Assembly: GCA_039800845.1 (NCBI GenBank)
Contig: JBDLQA010000020.1
Coordinates: 66 to 64,065, forward strand
Length of the DNA stretch: 64,000 bases
Source: Actinomycetota bacterium
Lineage (GTDB): Bacteria; Actinomycetota; Actinomycetes; Actinomycetales; Microbacteriaceae
Reading direction: 5' to 3'
This document shows, piece by piece, positions 10,797 through 19,623 of this stretch. Positions within the stretch are counted from its first letter, which is position 1. Each line of letters starts with the position of its first letter. The notes beneath the pieces are model-generated. The model was not told the origin of the DNA. It saw only the letters and a program-made list of their open reading frames with translations, and did not search any database. A program made the position numbers and the translations under genes.

Positions 10797-12025
10797 TGAC
10801 CACCCCAGTAGCACCCCTGATCGAGGGTATTGACTCCAACGCGCAGCACGGTCTCTCGGCTCACTCGCATGGCTATGTGCCTGGCGTTGCCGACGTACCG
10901 ATTCAGACTCGTTCTGAGCGCGTTCGTTCTTACAAGGTTGCCGATTTCGGACCAATCTCGCGTCGTGAAGAGCAGTGGAAGTACACCACCAGCGACCAGA
11001 TTCGCGGGCTGGACGAAGACGCCCTAACCGAGTACCTTGGCGACCTAGACCTGAAGAGCCCAGACAACGTCACCACCGCCTGGGTTGGCGCAGACCACGC
11101 TGCCTTCGGCAGCGCTGGCATTCCTGAGGACCGCGTTTCTGCGGCCGCTTGGGAAAGCGCCGAGCAGGCCTACCTGATTGCCCTTCCTGCCGACCAGAAG
11201 CTTGAGTGCGAGGTCCAGCTGGGCATTGTCTCGCACGACACCACACCGAGTGCCCTGCACCTGATTGTGGAGGCCAAGGCTGGGGCAGAGGGAACCGTAA
11301 TCCTTGACCACAAGGGCGACGCCGTTCTAGCAGAAAACCTAGAAATCATCGTTGGCGACAACGCGCACCTCACCGTGGTTAGCATCCAGGACTGGAACGC
11401 GGGCTCGGTTCACCTGAGCTCGCAGTTTGCCAAGCTTGGCCGCAACGCCACACTTAAGCACGTTGTAGTTAGCCTCGGTGGAGACGTCCTCCGCGTCACC
11501 CCGAACGCCGAATTCAGCGCTCCTGGCGCATCGGTGGAGATGCTGGGTGTTTACTTCGCAGACGCCGGCCAGCAGATTGAGCACCGCCTGTTTGTTGACC
11601 ACGCCGTGCCTAACTGCCGCTCGCGCGTTACCTATAAGGGTGCGCTGCAGGGTAAGAACGCTCACACCATCTGGGTGGGAGACGTCCTGATTCGTGCGGC
11701 CGCTGAAGGCACCGACACCTACGAGTTGAACCGCAACCTGCTTCTCACCGATGGCGCACGCGCCGACTCGGTTCCAAACCTTGAGATCGAGACCGGTCAG
11801 ATTGAAGGTGCGGGCCACGCCAGCGCTTCCGGCCGCTTCGATGACGAACAGCTGTTCTACCTACAGGCTCGTGGAATCGACGAGGATGAAGCGCGCCGCC
11901 TCGTGGTTCGCGGATTCCTAAACGAAATCATTCAGCAGATCGGCAACGACGAGGTTGAGACCCGTCTGAACGCCGCAATCGAGGCTGAACTAACCCTTGG
12001 CAAGAAGAGCGGGAGCAACAAGTAA
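10796..12025 (+). CDS. sufD: Fe-S cluster assembly protein SufD
   Basis: EEQWKYT, VPNLEIETG, GHASA, FYLQARG; TAATG coupling to sufB. Confidence 0.95.
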   Translation: MTTPVAPLIEGIDSNAQHGLSAHSHGYVPGVADVPIQTRSERVRSYKVADFGPISRREEQWKYTTSDQIRGLDEDALTEYLGDLDLKSPDNVTTAWVGADHAAFGSAGIPEDRVSAAAWESAEQAYLIALPADQKLECEVQLGIVSHDTTPSALHLIVEAKAGAEGTVILDHKGDAVLAENLEIIVGDNAHLTVVSIQDWNAGSVHLSSQFAKLGRNATLKHVVVSLGGDVLRVTPNAEFSAPGASVEMLGVYFADAGQQIEHRLFVDHAVPNCRSRVTYKGALQGKNAHTIWVGDVLIRAAAEGTDTYELNRNLLLTDGARADSVPNLEIETGQIEGAGHASASGRFDDEQLFYLQARGIDEDEARRLVVRGFLNEIIQQIGNDEVETRLNAAIEAELTLGKKSGSNK

Positions 12026-12339
12026 TGGCAATCAAGATTTGTGCCGTAGAGGACATCAAGAAGGGCAAGTCGATCCGCGTAAAACTGGGGGACCAGGCCA
12101 TCGCAATCGTCCGCACCCCATCGGGTGACGTAAAGGCAATCAACGACAAGTGCTCGCACGGTGAAGTATCGCTCAGCGAAGGCTTCATCGACGACCAGAC
12201 CATCGAGTGCTGGGCTCACGGCGCGAAGTTCTCCCTGGAGACCGGCGAGGCCCTGACCCTGCCAGCATTCGAGCCAGTATCGGTTTACCCAATCATCATC
12301 GAGAACGACACCATCTACCTCGACTACGACGTCGAGTAA
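12025..12339 (+). CDS. Rieske-type [2Fe-2S] ferredoxin
   Basis: CSHG...ECWAHG Rieske ligands. Confidence 0.92.
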   Translation: MAIKICAVEDIKKGKSIRVKLGDQAIAIVRTPSGDVKAINDKCSHGEVSLSEGFIDDQTIECWAHGAKFSLETGEALTLPAFEPVSVYPIIIENDTIYLDYDVE

Positions 12340-12399
12340 TCTGGCGCGGCTCCACCACGTCTATTCCCCTCACACACAACTTCACTCAAAGGTATTCCA

Positions 12400-13161
12400 A
12401 TGGCACTTCTAGAAATCAAGAACCTGCACGTTTCGGTTGAGACCGAGCAGGGCGAGAAGCAGATTCTTCGCGGAGTAGATCTGCAGATCCGCACCGGCGA
12501 GACCCACGCAATCATGGGTCCAAACGGTTCGGGTAAGAGCACCTTGGCTTACACCATCGCTGGTCACCCTAAGTACACCGTCACCGAGGGCGAGATCCTG
12601 CTTGACGGCGAGAACGTACTTGAGATGAGCGTTGACGAGCGTGCCCGCGCTGGCCTGTTCCTGGCGATGCAGTACCCCGTGGAGATCCCTGGCGTTTCCG
12701 TCAGCAACTTCCTGCGTACCGCCAAGACCGCCATCGATGGCGAGGCCCCTGCGCTTCGCACCTGGGTGAAGGACGTCCGCAGCGCCATGGACAACTTGAA
12801 GATGGACAAGGCTTTCAGTGAGCGTAACGTCAACGAGGGCTTCAGCGGTGGAGAGAAGAAGCGCCACGAGATCCTGCAGCTGGAGCTTCTGAAGCCACAG
12901 TTCGCAGTTCTGGACGAGACCGACAGTGGTCTTGACGTCGACGCACTGAAGATTGTTTCCGAGGGCGTAAACCGCGCGAAGGAAGCCAACGACATGGGCG
13001 TGCTTCTGATCACCCACTACACCCGAATCCTCAATTACATCAAGCCAGACTTCGTTCACGTTTTCGTAGCCGGCAAGGTAGCTGAGCAGGGTGGTCCAGA
13101 GCTTGCAGAGCGCCTCGAAGCCGAAGGCTACGACCGCTACGTTGCAGCAGCAGCGCACTAA
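12400..13161 (+). CDS. sufC: Fe-S cluster assembly ATPase SufC
   Basis: GPNGSGKST, FSGGEKKR, LDETDSGLD. Confidence 0.97.
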   Translation: MALLEIKNLHVSVETEQGEKQILRGVDLQIRTGETHAIMGPNGSGKSTLAYTIAGHPKYTVTEGEILLDGENVLEMSVDERARAGLFLAMQYPVEIPGVSVSNFLRTAKTAIDGEAPALRTWVKDVRSAMDNLKMDKAFSERNVNEGFSGGEKKRHEILQLELLKPQFAVLDETDSGLDVDALKIVSEGVNRAKEANDMGVLLITHYTRILNYIKPDFVHVFVAGKVAEQGGPELAERLEAEGYDRYVAAAAH

Positions 13162-13177
13162 CTGAAGCTTGCCTGCA

Positions 13178-13543
13178 ATGGACTACAACCCAGAGAAGTC
13201 GGTAACAACCGACGGCACCCGCGAGCTAGACGCTGCCAAGTATGACGAGGTAGTTGAAGCCCTAAAAGACGTAATCGACCCTGAAATCGGTGTCAACATT
13301 TACGACCTGGGCCTGATCTATGGCCTGCAGTGGAGCATCGAGGATGACGCACTGCTCATCAACATGACTCTTACCTCCGCCGGCTGCCCGCTAACCGACG
13401 TACTGGAGGAGCAGACCGCGGACGCCCTTGACGGCGTGGTTGATGCCTTCCGGATCAACTGGGTATGGATGCCACCATGGGGTCCTGAAAAGATCACCGA
13501 GGACGGCAAAGAGCAGATGCGCGCCATCGGCTTCGCGATCTAG
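13178..13543 (+). CDS. sufT: DUF59 metal-sulfur cluster assembly factor (SufT)
   Basis: VIDPEIGVNIYDLGLIY, TLTSAGCP, WMPPW. Confidence 0.9.
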   Translation: MDYNPEKSVTTDGTRELDAAKYDEVVEALKDVIDPEIGVNIYDLGLIYGLQWSIEDDALLINMTLTSAGCPLTDVLEEQTADALDGVVDAFRINWVWMPPWGPEKITEDGKEQMRAIGFAI

Positions 13544-13553
13544 AACTTCCTAA

Positions 13554-13590
13554 AAAAAATCCCCGACGCAATCGCATCGGGGATTTTTTG
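13554..13590. terminator. Bidirectional intrinsic terminator (copy 1 of a 37-bp direct repeat)
   Basis: AAAAAATCCCCGA-CGCAATCGCA-TCGGGGATTTTTT between convergent sufT and cdr. Confidence 0.88.
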
Positions 13591-13591
13591 C

Positions 13592-15229
13592 CTAACGAGC
13601 CAACGCGTCTTGTGCGTTCTTCCAGGTGACATAGCCGCCACTAAGGTTTACAACATCGATACCGTGACCCCGGAGAATCTGAGTCGCCACGTGCCCGCGT
13701 TGACCCACTTGGCAGGTGACCACTACCCGCTGACCAACTAGCTCCGGTAAATGCTCCCTCAACGAATCAACCGGAATGTTGATAGCGCCGGGAATGGTTC
13801 CGCGCGCATTCTCGGCATCGGTGCGGACATCCACCAGAATGCGGCCGTCTGCTAGTTCGCGCTGCAATTCGTGCCACTGGATGGTGGGTGTAACTCCGTG
13901 ACGCACATTGTTTCCCACGTAACCCACGTGGTTTACAGGGTCCTTAGCGCTTCCAAACTGCGGCGCATAGGAGAGTTCCAGGTCCATCAGCTCGTCCACC
14001 GTCATGCCGGCTCGAATTGCGGTAGCTAAGACATCGATACGTTTGTCCACACCGTCCAAGCCAATTCCTTGCGCCCCCAGCAATCGACCAGTAACGGGGT
14101 CGAACAAAATCTTCAGAGTCACGCGCTGTGCACCAGGGTAGTAGCCGGCGTGGCTACCAGGATGAACATGAACTACCGTGTGTGCAATACCAGAAGCCGA
14201 TGCCACCTTCTCGCTTAAGCCCGTCATAGCTGCGGCCATGCCGAATGCGCCGATGATGATGGTGCCCAGCGCAGGATGAGCCTTGGGCTCCAACCCCGCG
14301 ATGGAATCCGCAATCAAACGGCCGTGGCGGTTTGCAAGGTTCGCGAGTGGAATGATGACGGCACCAGATAGCACCTCATTCTCTTTCTCAACCGCGTCGC
14401 CCGCCGCGTAAATGTGAGGGTCACTCGTGCGCTGTTGAGCGTCAACCCAGAGCCCGCCGGTTGACCCCAACCTTAATCCAGCAGCCTTGGCTAGAGCGTT
14501 GTCGGGCTCCACACCGGTTGCGGAGAAGACCAAGTCGGCACGGAGACGGCGACCATCGGCAAGCACAACCTCGGTCTCAGTGACCTCTGCAGGCGTCGAA
14601 TTCACCAGTAACTCAACCCCATGTCCAACCAGGTGCGCCTGCAGCGGTTCCACAATCTCGGGATCAAACATGCTCAAGATTGCCCCTCCACGTTGAACTA
14701 GAGTTGTGTGCACCCCCAGGTGAGCCAGATTCTCGGCAAGTTCCACACCGATGAATCCAGCACCCAAAACTACAACGCGCGCATCCGGTCCGGCCTCCTG
14801 GACTGCCGCTTTTATGCGGTCGGCATCAACCACGTCACGAAGCGTCTGAGCGCGCTCGATGCCGGGGATGTTGATTCGGCGTGGGCGGGCACCTGTGGCA
14901 ATGACTAGGTTGTCGTAGCTTTCCATAGTGGTCACATCGGTGAGGAGATTGTGGACCGAAACCTGCTTAGCCGCAGGGTAAATGGCCGTTACCCTATGGC
15001 TAACGCGAACGTCCAGGCGGAAACGCTTGAAAAGGCTCTCGGGTGTTTGCAGCAGTAGGTCGGCACGATCGGTAATGACATCGCTGATGAAGTAAGGCAG
15101 TCCACAGTTGGCGTAACTAACGTTCGGACCCATCTCAAAGACAATGATCTCATCTTGCTCACGCAGGCGGCGAAGGCGGGTGGCGGCGCTCATTCCGGCG
15201 GCAACTCCGCCGATGATTACGGTCTTCAT
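13592..15229 (-). CDS. CoA-disulfide reductase family FAD oxidoreductase with C-terminal rhodanese domain (CoADR-RHD)
   Basis: GGVAAG FAD motif, SYANCGLPY redox Cys, GAGFIG, YAPQF; rhodanese LVDVRT...TCQVGQRG. Confidence 0.9.
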   Translation of the reverse strand: MKTVIIGGVAAGMSAATRLRRLREQDEIIVFEMGPNVSYANCGLPYFISDVITDRADLLLQTPESLFKRFRLDVRVSHRVTAIYPAAKQVSVHNLLTDVTTMESYDNLVIATGARPRRINIPGIERAQTLRDVVDADRIKAAVQEAGPDARVVVLGAGFIGVELAENLAHLGVHTTLVQRGGAILSMFDPEIVEPLQAHLVGHGVELLVNSTPAEVTETEVVLADGRRLRADLVFSATGVEPDNALAKAAGLRLGSTGGLWVDAQQRTSDPHIYAAGDAVEKENEVLSGAVIIPLANLANRHGRLIADSIAGLEPKAHPALGTIIIGAFGMAAAMTGLSEKVASASGIAHTVVHVHPGSHAGYYPGAQRVTLKILFDPVTGRLLGAQGIGLDGVDKRIDVLATAIRAGMTVDELMDLELSYAPQFGSAKDPVNHVGYVGNNVRHGVTPTIQWHELQRELADGRILVDVRTDAENARGTIPGAINIPVDSLREHLPELVGQRVVVTCQVGQRGHVATQILRGHGIDVVNLSGGYVTWKNAQDALAR

Positions 15230-15486
15230 TAGGCCAGCGCCATGAAAGCTTTTTCGAGCCGAACGCGGTCAGCCTGTCCGGTCTCATCGGCCTGGCAGTG
15301 AGCCATTCCGGTAGAGATGATGCTGAAACCGGCTCTTGTTAGAGCTGTGGAGGCGGCGGCCAATTGTGTGAGAAGTTCGGTACAGTCTCGACCCTCATCA
15401 AGCATCTTTACGATGCCACCAATCTGCCCTTGAACACGCATCAGGCGATCGCGGGCAGTTTTCAGTTCGGCTGGTTCTAACTGCAT
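15229..15486 (-). CDS. CsoR/RcnR-family repressor, CstR-like (persulfide-sensing candidate)
   Basis: RLMRVQGQIGGIVKMLDEGRDC...GMAHC; two Cys conserved, Gly in place of the Cu-binding His. Confidence 0.85.
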   Translation of the reverse strand: MQLEPAELKTARDRLMRVQGQIGGIVKMLDEGRDCTELLTQLAAASTALTRAGFSIISTGMAHCQADETGQADRVRLEKAFMALA

Positions 15487-15521
15487 ATATTTCCTCCCAG
15501 TTGTATTACACTCTATTTAAA

Positions 15522-15539
15522 CATACCCTAGGGGGTATG
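15522..15539. promoter_or_regulatory. CsoR/CstR-type operator
   Basis: Perfect inverted repeat CATACCC-TAGG-GGGTATG with C/G tracts, between the divergent regulator and small protein genes. Confidence 0.8.
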
Positions 15540-15584
15540 CAAAGCAGCCGAGCAAGTCTCGGTTTACCAATAGGAGGATTAGAA

Positions 15585-15755
15585 ATGTGTCAGCAAGTAA
15601 CCTGTCGCAAGTGCGGTAAAGCAACATGGGCTGGCTGCGGTCAGCACATTGATCAGGCTCTGGCAGGTGTGCCAAAGAGCCAGCGATGCCAGGGACACGA
15701 AAACGATCCGAAGCCTGAGAAGAGTGGCTTCTTCAGCAAGCTGTTCGGCAAGTAA
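15585..15755 (+). CDS. Small Cys/His-rich protein (56 aa), function unknown
   Basis: AGGAGG RBS; MCQQVTCRKCGKATWAGCGQH...RCQGH; followed by a terminator. Confidence 0.8.
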   Translation: MCQQVTCRKCGKATWAGCGQHIDQALAGVPKSQRCQGHENDPKPEKSGFFSKLFGK

Positions 15756-15763
15756 ATAAAAAT

Positions 15764-15800
15764 AAAAAATCCCCGACGCAATCGCGCCGGGGATTTTTTG
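15764..15800. terminator. Bidirectional intrinsic terminator (copy 2 of the 37-bp direct repeat)
   Basis: AAAAAATCCCCGACGCAATCGCGCCGGGGATTTTTTG; 35/37 identical to 13554-13590. Confidence 0.88.
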
Positions 15801-15809
15801 TTTGGAAAC

Positions 15810-16403
15810 TTAGTTGCCCTTTACCTTCTTGACCAGAGCCCAAGCACCTGGAACCAGGCCGGCAGCGATAACTGCCTTGGCTGCGTCCCAGATCAGGAAT
15901 GGAACCAGGCCGTACTGAAGGCCGAGTGCCCAGTTGCCACCAAGAGCGGTGATGGTAAGAACAGGAACGCCAACTGCGTATACAACTGCGGAACCTACAA
16001 CATAGCTAGCAGCCATCTTCAGAACGTTGCTGCTCCAGTTGAGCTCAGCCAGTTTGCCAACAACGAAACCGGCCAGGATAAAGCCGAAGATGTAACCACC
16101 GGTTGCGCCGAGCAACACGTTGAGGCCGTGTGCTCCACCCGAGAATACTGGGAGGAACAGGCCGGCAACAGCGTAGAGGGCCATAGAGAGCATTCCGCGA
16201 ACCGAGCCGAGTGCGGCACCGGTGAGAAGAACAGCCAAAGTCTGGAAGGTGAAAGGAACTGGCATGCCAGGAACCTGGATCTGCAGCTGGGCTGCGAGAG
16301 CGGTAAGTGCGGCACCAGCAACAACGAGGACGATGTCCGCTGCTAGCGAGTTTGGAACAATGCGGTCAACCAGGGTTGGCTTCACGGCTAGGGTCATCGA
16401 CAT
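15810..16403 (-). CDS. bioY: Biotin transporter BioY (ECF S component)
   Basis: VPFTFQTLAVLL, LPVFSGG, TGGYIFGF, PFLIWDAAK. Confidence 0.92.
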   Translation of the reverse strand: MSMTLAVKPTLVDRIVPNSLAADIVLVVAGAALTALAAQLQIQVPGMPVPFTFQTLAVLLTGAALGSVRGMLSMALYAVAGLFLPVFSGGAHGLNVLLGATGGYIFGFILAGFVVGKLAELNWSSNVLKMAASYVVGSAVVYAVGVPVLTITALGGNWALGLQYGLVPFLIWDAAKAVIAAGLVPGAWALVKKVKGN

Positions 16404-16558
16404 TTTGTTCTCCTAATGAAACGTTGATGAGACGCAGGCGGCAACGCTGGAACCCGCAGATTGTTACTTTCGATTGTAAACTAGAGCCTTTGGATTCAGC
16501 GGAATATTGCGCAAAGAAGAATCCCGCTTTCTCCTAACCCAGAACAGGCTGTGACCCG

Positions 16559-18157
16559 ATGATTGGTGTACGTGATCTTGAGATCACCATCGGTGCTCGC
16601 ACCTTGATGAGTGGCGTGAATTTCCGCGTGGAAAAGGGCGACAAGATTGGTCTTGTTGGCCGTAACGGTGCGGGAAAAACCACGATGACCAAGATTCTGG
16701 CCGGTGAGGGAGCACCTACTTCCGGCTTCGTCGACCGCAGTGGCGAGATCGGTTACCTACCTCAGGACCCTCGCAACGGCGACCCAACCGAGCTGGTTCG
16801 CACTCGAATCCTCAATGCCCGCGGTCTGGGAGACATTCAGGCTCGCATGAACCAGGCATCGCTGGACATGGGCAGCATCGATGAAAAAGTTTATGAAGCC
16901 GCTATGAAGAAGTATGCGCGTGCCGAGGAGCAGTTTGCAGCTGCCGGCGGCTACGCAGCGGAGGCGGAAGCGGCCGCGATTGCCAGCAACCTGGGAATCA
17001 AGGACCACACGCTAGACCAGCCGATTTCCACTCTGTCCGGTGGTCAGCGCCGCCGCGTTGAGCTTGCCCGAATCCTGTTCAGCAACGCCGAGACTATGCT
17101 GCTGGACGAACCTACCAACCACTTGGATGCCGACAGCATCGTATGGTTGCGCGAATTCTTGAAGAACTATCAGGGTGGCCTGATTATCATCAGCCACGAC
17201 ATCGACCTGGTGGAAGAGACCGTCAACAAGGTGTTTTACTTGGACGCCCAGCGTCAGGTTATCGACATCTACAACATGGGTTGGAAGCAGTACCTCAAGC
17301 AGCGCGAAGCCGACCAAGAGCGCCGCAAGCGTGAACGCGCGATTGCGGAGAAAAAGGCAGCCACCCTGCAGCTGCAGGCCGCCAAGTTCGGCGCCAAGGC
17401 CACCAAGGCGGCGGCCGCACACCAGATGGCCCGCCGAGCCGAGCGACTGCTTTCAGACCTCGAGGACGTCCGTGAATCGGACAAGGTCGCGAAGATCAAG
17501 TTCCCAGACCCAGCCCCTTGCGGTAAGACCCCGCTCATGGCCAAGAACCTGAGCAAGTCTTACGGCTCGCTAGAGATCTTCACGGCTGTTGACCTTGCCA
17601 TCGACAAGGGTTCGAAGGTAGTGGTCATCGGCTTCAACGGTGCTGGTAAGACCACCCTTTTGCGCATGCTGGCGGGGCTTGAGAAGCCGGACACCGGAAG
17701 CATCGAGCCGGGTCACGGCCTGAAGATTGGCTATTTTGCGCAGGAGCACGAAACCCTGGACTTCAGCAAGACGGTTCTGGAAAACATGCAGGCAAACGCC
17801 AGTCATTTGAACGACACCGATGCCCGAAAGGTGCTCGGTTCGTTCCTGTTCAGCGGCGACGACGTCTCGAAACCGGCCGGAGTGCTTTCTGGCGGTGAGC
17901 GAACCCGTCTGGCTCTGGCATCGCTGGTGGTTTCGAGCGCAAACGTTTTGCTTCTAGATGAGCCAACCAACAACCTGGACCCCGCCAGCCGCGAGGAGAT
18001 TCTTCATGCCCTGGACCAGTTCAAGGGTGCGGTTGTGCTGGTTTCCCACGATGTTGGCGCTGTGCAGGCGCTGAACCCGGAGCGTGTCCTGATTCTGCCG
18101 GACGGCGATGAAGACCACTGGGGCGACACCTATCTGGACCTGATTACGCTCTCTTAG
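16559..18157 (+). CDS. ABC-F family ATPase (translation factor, no TM domain)
   Basis: Two ABC domains (GRNGAGKT, LSGGQ, LLDEPTNHLD; GFNGAGKT, LSGGE) with a charged linker. Confidence 0.92.
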   Translation: MIGVRDLEITIGARTLMSGVNFRVEKGDKIGLVGRNGAGKTTMTKILAGEGAPTSGFVDRSGEIGYLPQDPRNGDPTELVRTRILNARGLGDIQARMNQASLDMGSIDEKVYEAAMKKYARAEEQFAAAGGYAAEAEAAAIASNLGIKDHTLDQPISTLSGGQRRRVELARILFSNAETMLLDEPTNHLDADSIVWLREFLKNYQGGLIIISHDIDLVEETVNKVFYLDAQRQVIDIYNMGWKQYLKQREADQERRKRERAIAEKKAATLQLQAAKFGAKATKAAAAHQMARRAERLLSDLEDVRESDKVAKIKFPDPAPCGKTPLMAKNLSKSYGSLEIFTAVDLAIDKGSKVVVIGFNGAGKTTLLRMLAGLEKPDTGSIEPGHGLKIGYFAQEHETLDFSKTVLENMQANASHLNDTDARKVLGSFLFSGDDVSKPAGVLSGGERTRLALASLVVSSANVLLLDEPTNNLDPASREEILHALDQFKGAVVLVSHDVGAVQALNPERVLILPDGDEDHWGDTYLDLITLS

Positions 18158-18172
18158 CGATTCTTTGCTGGC

Positions 18173-19015
18173 TTAACCATCCAGCAGCGCGTCTTCTTCT
18201 TCCTTGTCGGAATCACCAAGGCGCTTGCGACGCGGCTTTGGCACATAGGTTGAATCTTCCGCCGTGCGCTTCTCAATCAAATCCTGACGGACATTGGCGC
18301 CGATAGCAGCGAAGCCCAATAGCGCGAACAAGACCCATTGGAATGCATAGCTGAGGTGGTTGCCCTCGGTGAGGTCCGGCTTTGTAAATAGCACTGGCAG
18401 CGATGCGGAACTTGGCGACTCCACAGCCAAACGCAGGTAGGCGCCGACATATAAATCGGTGGCTTTCACACCCCACTGCTTATTCAAAACCGGGGGAGTG
18501 ATGCTCATGGCCTGACCGATGGGAGCTTTCCGTGAATCCGGCTGCTGGGCATGGATCAAGCGGCCAACCAGCTGGATTTTGCCGGTTGGAACAGTGGGAA
18601 TGCTGTCTGGCAGGTCCTGATTTTCACCGGTGGAAATCCATCCGCGATCAATAACAACAACGCGGCCCGAATCCATGGCAAACGGCACAAGCTGGTGGAA
18701 TCCGGCGTTGCCATCGTTGATTTGGTTTCTGAGTAAAAGCGCTTTGTCGGCCAGGTAGTGACCGGAAACCAAAACCGGGCGGTACTCGTATTTGACCGAA
18801 AAGCCGGAAACGTTCTTCACCAGATCTTGCAGCGTTGAAACGGTGTGATCATAGTTGCGGTCGATTCGAGCGATGACCTTAACCACCTGAATGCGACGGT
18901 TCAGCTGCCAGTTGGCCAGGAACCCGCAGGCAACAGCGAAAATCGTGGCGATCGCGATCCATCGAATCCATCGACGGAAACCAGTTCGGAAGTAATCACG
19001 AGTCAGTTCGTTCAC
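18173..19015 (-). CDS. SURF1 family protein (cytochrome oxidase assembly)
   Basis: LANWQLNR, VIDRGWI, NHLSYAFQWVLF. Confidence 0.88.
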   Translation of the reverse strand: MNELTRDYFRTGFRRWIRWIAIATIFAVACGFLANWQLNRRIQVVKVIARIDRNYDHTVSTLQDLVKNVSGFSVKYEYRPVLVSGHYLADKALLLRNQINDGNAGFHQLVPFAMDSGRVVVIDRGWISTGENQDLPDSIPTVPTGKIQLVGRLIHAQQPDSRKAPIGQAMSITPPVLNKQWGVKATDLYVGAYLRLAVESPSSASLPVLFTKPDLTEGNHLSYAFQWVLFALLGFAAIGANVRQDLIEKRTAEDSTYVPKPRRKRLGDSDKEEEDALLDG

Positions 19016-19191
19016 GGCTCGCGCACCTCCAGGAAGAATCCGCGGGCGTCCAGGTACTCGCGAAGGAAATCGACGTGTTCAGGGCAAGCCTGCCAGGTTT
19101 TGGTTCGTCCATCAGTGTGGATCTTTGGGTTTCGCCAAACCACAAGACTCACGGCCTCGGCACTGCAACCAGCTCTCGAACACTTAACCAC
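19012..19191 (-). CDS. Small putative Zn-binding protein (C-x4-C ... C-x2-H)
   Basis: KCSRAGC...WRNPKIH...WQACPEH...YLDARGF; stop overlaps SURF1 start; GTG start inferred. Confidence 0.7.
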   Translation of the reverse strand: MVKCSRAGCSAEAVSLVVWRNPKIHTDGRTKTWQACPEHVDFLREYLDARGFFLEVREP

Positions 19192-19257
19192 CTGACTATT
19201 CTCGCAGGTCGGCCAGTGGGAGGCCGCTTGGCGCATGCAGTAAGGATTGGCTAGCGA

Positions 19258-19563
19258 TCATTCCGACTTTGAGGCCTGTCGGAAAGCATCGGCGCCGATA
19301 GCGATGGTTGGGGCTTCAGCCTTGGGCACCGACTTCTTGCTGCTATCGATTCCGGTGGCATTGGCGATGACCACCGCGAAGTAGGGAAGAAGGACCGCTC
19401 CGGTAACTGCAACCCACATGATGGGGCCACCTGGATTGCAAACTGCAACGATGATGCAGATCACGCGCACTGCCTGCGAAATCGAGTACTTGATGATGCG
19501 GCCGCGGCGCTCTTCTTCCGGCGAGATGCCGATTGAGGTTGCGCTCTGTGGCTGACTTGCCAA
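19258..19563 (-). CDS. DUF3099-like membrane protein
   Basis: R..KYSISQAVRVIC, two TM helices, LPYFAVVIAN; GGGAG RBS before TTG. Confidence 0.8.
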   Translation of the reverse strand: MASQPQSATSIGISPEEERRGRIIKYSISQAVRVICIIVAVCNPGGPIMWVAVTGAVLLPYFAVVIANATGIDSSKKSVPKAEAPTIAIGADAFRQASKSE

Positions 19564-19623
19564 AATGACTCCCAAGTAAATAAAGCTCTAACACCAAGGC
19601 TAGCCCTAGAATTTACTTGTTCC

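Noticed and set aside
15501-15584. N-terminal 28 codons of the 84-aa ORF in the track
   Set aside because: They span the operator and promoter; the AGGAGG RBS supports a start at 15585.
16500-16558. Attenuator or uORF ahead of ABC-F (antibiotic-resistance type)
   Set aside because: The upstream region is short, with no clear uORF-terminator arrangement; the protein looks like a housekeeping ABC-F.
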